Shown: positions 60,206 to 64,000 of the stretch, piece by piece
Layout: each line of letters opens with the position of its first letter
Position numbering within the stretch: position 1 is the stretch's first letter
Assembly: GCA_009914755.4 (NCBI GenBank)
Contig: CP068257.2
Location: forward strand, 24,096,001-24,160,000
DNA: 64,000 nt
Source: the human T2T-CHM13v2.0 reference genome, Homo sapiens
Reading direction: 5' to 3'
Translations under genes and position numbers: made by a program
The notes under the pieces: model-generated
Seen by the model: the letters and a program-made list of their open reading frames with translations, nothing else
Database searches by the model: none
Told to the model about the DNA's origin: nothing

Positions 60206-61305
60206 TGCAAATTTCTTTCGTCCTGCATTTCCCCACCTGTAAGGTGAAGATGTTCCCTGGAGATCTGTATTGTTAACGCTCTTAAACCAGTGACACACCC
60301 AGAAACTAGGACAGGGATGCTATTAGAATAAGAAAATATGAGAAATATGAGGATAGGAAAATGTTTCAAAGCAAGTTGCATGTAATGTAAACTAGATCTC
60401 TGAAGACAGGGCTGTTATCTTCCTGCCTAAAATAAGTGGTTCTGTATTATGGAACTTAGCTTTAGCTGGTGGATACTAGCCATGACATTTTGACTCAATG
60501 AACAATAAACTCTTCCACTGTCTCACTTCTCAAGACCCCCCAGATGTAACCTGCTAAAACACCTACAGATTATTAATTTTTATTCATATGCTCTCTGACT
60601 TGGTAGCAGGGGAGAGGCACTTAACGTTCTTTAGACAGAAGATGAAGAAACAGACAGTATGTCAACAAATTGTTAGTGTTAGGAGCCCTTTAATAACTTC
60701 AGCGAGGCATCCTTTTAGGAGCTCTAAAAATAAGCTTCAAATTTAAAGTGGCACCTAGAGAGCTGAGATTACAGGCGTGAGCCACCATGCCTGGCCCTAT
60801 ATTTAAATTCACGTGTATGCACACCATACCCAGAAAACCCCCTTTGAAAAAAATAACAAAGTTATTTCTAATTGGCAACATACAGAGTTGTACAGCTTAT
60901 TGTTTACAAAATAAATCAAACTCTTAAACTGAACGACAGGAAAGTGAGAGTTTAAGATGAGAGCGGTTTTCTGCAAATTGGGACCAATACCTATTTTAGT
61001 CACCATTCCAGGTCTCCTGTTATCTGAATAGTGTCTTGTCTGATAGACTAAACTTACACACCATTACTATTGTTGATAATGCTAATAAACTAGAAATCAA
61101 TATAATGAACTTTAGCCTGAAATTCCTTAAATATAAGTCTTTGCATTATGCCCAAGGTATTTTTATTGTATTGTCTTAAAATTTAGATTTTAACATTTCG
61201 TTAAGTTTAACGTAAGAAATGTATTCTTTAAGAAAAAACTTCCACTTTGGATGTTTTTTTTGGAAGAAAAATGCCAGGGACATCATCATACCTAGAGAGA
61301 TTTAA

Positions 61306-61635
<330 letters not shown>

Positions 61636-62072
61636 AAAATACGTTTTTATTACAGAAAAAAAGTTGGTTTCTTTGGTACAGATTTTTTTCCCCCATAACA
61701 ACTTGCTATAAAAAAGTAAGACTCACCTCTCTTCTTCCAGCAACCCCCAGGGAATAAGATTATCCATCCAGTAGAGAATAGAACTAGGAAAGATAAATCC
61801 CTCTTTGACTTCTGATATTCTATTTTTCTGATGTTTTCTGTACCTCCATTACTGGTTTGACATAATATTTGGCCTTTGAGTTTTTAACTTTTCCCAGTTG
61901 TCATTCTTGAGAAAGTGAAAAGATAATAAGTTTCAACATAAATTTGGAGTAAGCTCCAGTTTTCACACAAACACAAATCACAAGGCACTTACAATGTTTC
62001 ACGAGCTACAAGTCTTTTAAAAATACCACCTATTAGCCATTGAACACAGGGCTGTTACAAACTTATTTATCA

Positions 62073-62480
<408 letters not shown>

Positions 62481-62512
62481 TTAATACAGAATCTTATTCA
62501 AGTGGATGCTAA

Positions 62513-62878
<366 letters not shown>

Positions 62879-63299
62879 TGAAAATATAAAATGAAGATAT
62901 AAAAAGGCATAGTGATGCTCAAAACCCAAATTAGGGTCTGTGTAGACTGGGAAGCAGCACTTGGACAGAGACAGATGAGTGAGCTGAAGATCCAGGACTG
63001 TGGTTGTGGGTCGGAGTTGGGCTCTGTCGGGATAAATCGCTCCGCAGAAGACGGGCTAGAGTCTGCTCACCATTGAAGGAAAGGCCAGTGCGGTTTTTCT
63101 GCCCCTGAAATGTTATTCAGAACTCCTGCTGCTGACACTTTACCACTCAGGTTTCTGCGACAGTTGGGTTTCTGTGGACCTGAAGAAGAGGGAGGACACA
63201 GACTCACAAGCCGGAACGGCATGCGACGAGCCCCCCAGAGGCCCATAACTGAACTGCAGTGTCTCCAGCCGCGCCCTGTGCAATGATTTGGTTCTGCAT

Positions 63300-63900
63300 T
63301 GCGCCCCCTAGAGGTGAGTGGAAGCAATGTCCAAGCTGTGGGCAAGTAGGATTGAGTACCCGAAGGGAGTGAAAGCAAAAAGCAAAACGCAAAAACAGCC
63401 AAGGAGCCTGCAAACCAAATATTGAGAATGCATGAAGAAATGCAATGCCAAGAAAGAAAACTGCAAGATCATCATCAAGTAAATGTGGGTCAGATAAAAA
63501 TAATAGGACAATCTGAAAGAAGACTTTCACATAAATATTTAAGGTACTTCAAGGGAAAATTAAGAGAAATATTCTAAAAAAAAAAAAGTAAAAGGTAGAG
63601 AAAAAAATGTAAGACAAAATAGGCATAAATAAACCAACTATGGGTAAACATGAAAAATAACTGATTAGAAATATGAAAAATAAAAATCATAAATATACCT
63701 TAAGAAATTGGATAAAGTATATTGGACATAATTGAAGGAGAAAATTAGTTGATGAAACCATTCATGCAGAAATAGTGGATAGATGGAAGGCTTTCCCCAT
63801 GTATTCAAAAGAAGGTCCAGAAAAGAAAATGGAGGGAAGAGTAGAGAAATTATATTTAAACAGTGACTAGCTAAGGCTTTCTCAGAATCAAGTTCAAACA
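63300..63900 (+). mobile_element. Possible old L1 5'-region/ORF1 fragment (A-rich, lysine/glutamate-rich reading frame). The family is uncertain.
   Basis: Weak similarity to the L1 ORF1 region (gaaatagtggatagatggaaggctttccccatgtattcaaaagaaggtccag versus gaaataatggctgaaaacttcccaaatttggcaaaagacataaacc). The preceding 62940-63300 is CpG-containing, like an L1 5' UTR. Not confirmed. Confidence 0.35.
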
Positions 63901-63921
63901 CAAGTTTTTAAATTAGGAGAG

Positions 63922-64000
63922 GGCTGGGTACAGTGGCTCTCACCTGTAATCCTAGCACTTTAGGAGGCTGAGGCAGGAGGATTGCTTGAGCCCAGGAGTT
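63922..64000 (+). mobile_element. Alu 5' part (truncated by the window end).
   Basis: gggctgggtacagtggctctcacctgtaatcctagcactttaggaggctgaggcaggaggattgcttgagcccaggagtt. Confidence 0.85.

Overview
This window is human (primate) genomic DNA. About 45 Alu-family SINEs, several old L1 fragments, MIRs, a MER1-type hAT transposon and an LTR12/HERV9 LTR identify it as primate nuclear sequence. It carries almost the entire GABPA gene (GA-binding protein alpha, chr21q21) on the + strand, followed by about 30 kb of repeat-rich intergenic DNA on the APP side.

The coding exons are unambiguous. The ORF track gives MTKREAEELIEIEIDGTEK (exon with the ATG), the PNT-domain peptide WSTDQVLHWVVWVMKEFSMTDIDLTTLNISGRELCSLNQEDFFQRVPRGEILWSHLELLRK, and the ETS-domain and C-terminal peptide ...[75 protein letters not shown]. 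Connecting these by hand through canonical GT-AG introns gives nine coding segments. All junctions are GT...AG and the total CDS is 1365 nt (454 aa plus stop). Non-coding exon 1 and the bidirectional GABPA/ATP5PF promoter are not in the window; they must lie upstream of position 1. The 3' UTR runs for about 3.5 kb after the stop at 30791-30793, and its exact end cannot be fixed from sequence alone.

There is no prokaryotic-style gene system, CRISPR array, rRNA or tRNA here. I see no evidence of a previously undescribed biological system: this is an ordinary, well-characterised human locus. The items worth a second look are structural oddities among the repeats:
- an LTR12C/HERV9 LTR plus a PBS-leader fragment sitting inside an Alu and flanked by 37-bp direct repeats;
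- an ~80-bp module present twice around an L1 fragment;
- a duplicated ~110-bp intronic segment;
- a perfect 22-bp-arm palindrome;
- a 35-bp x3 tandem repeat;
- an Alu-poor ~14.5-kb block over the 3' half of the gene.
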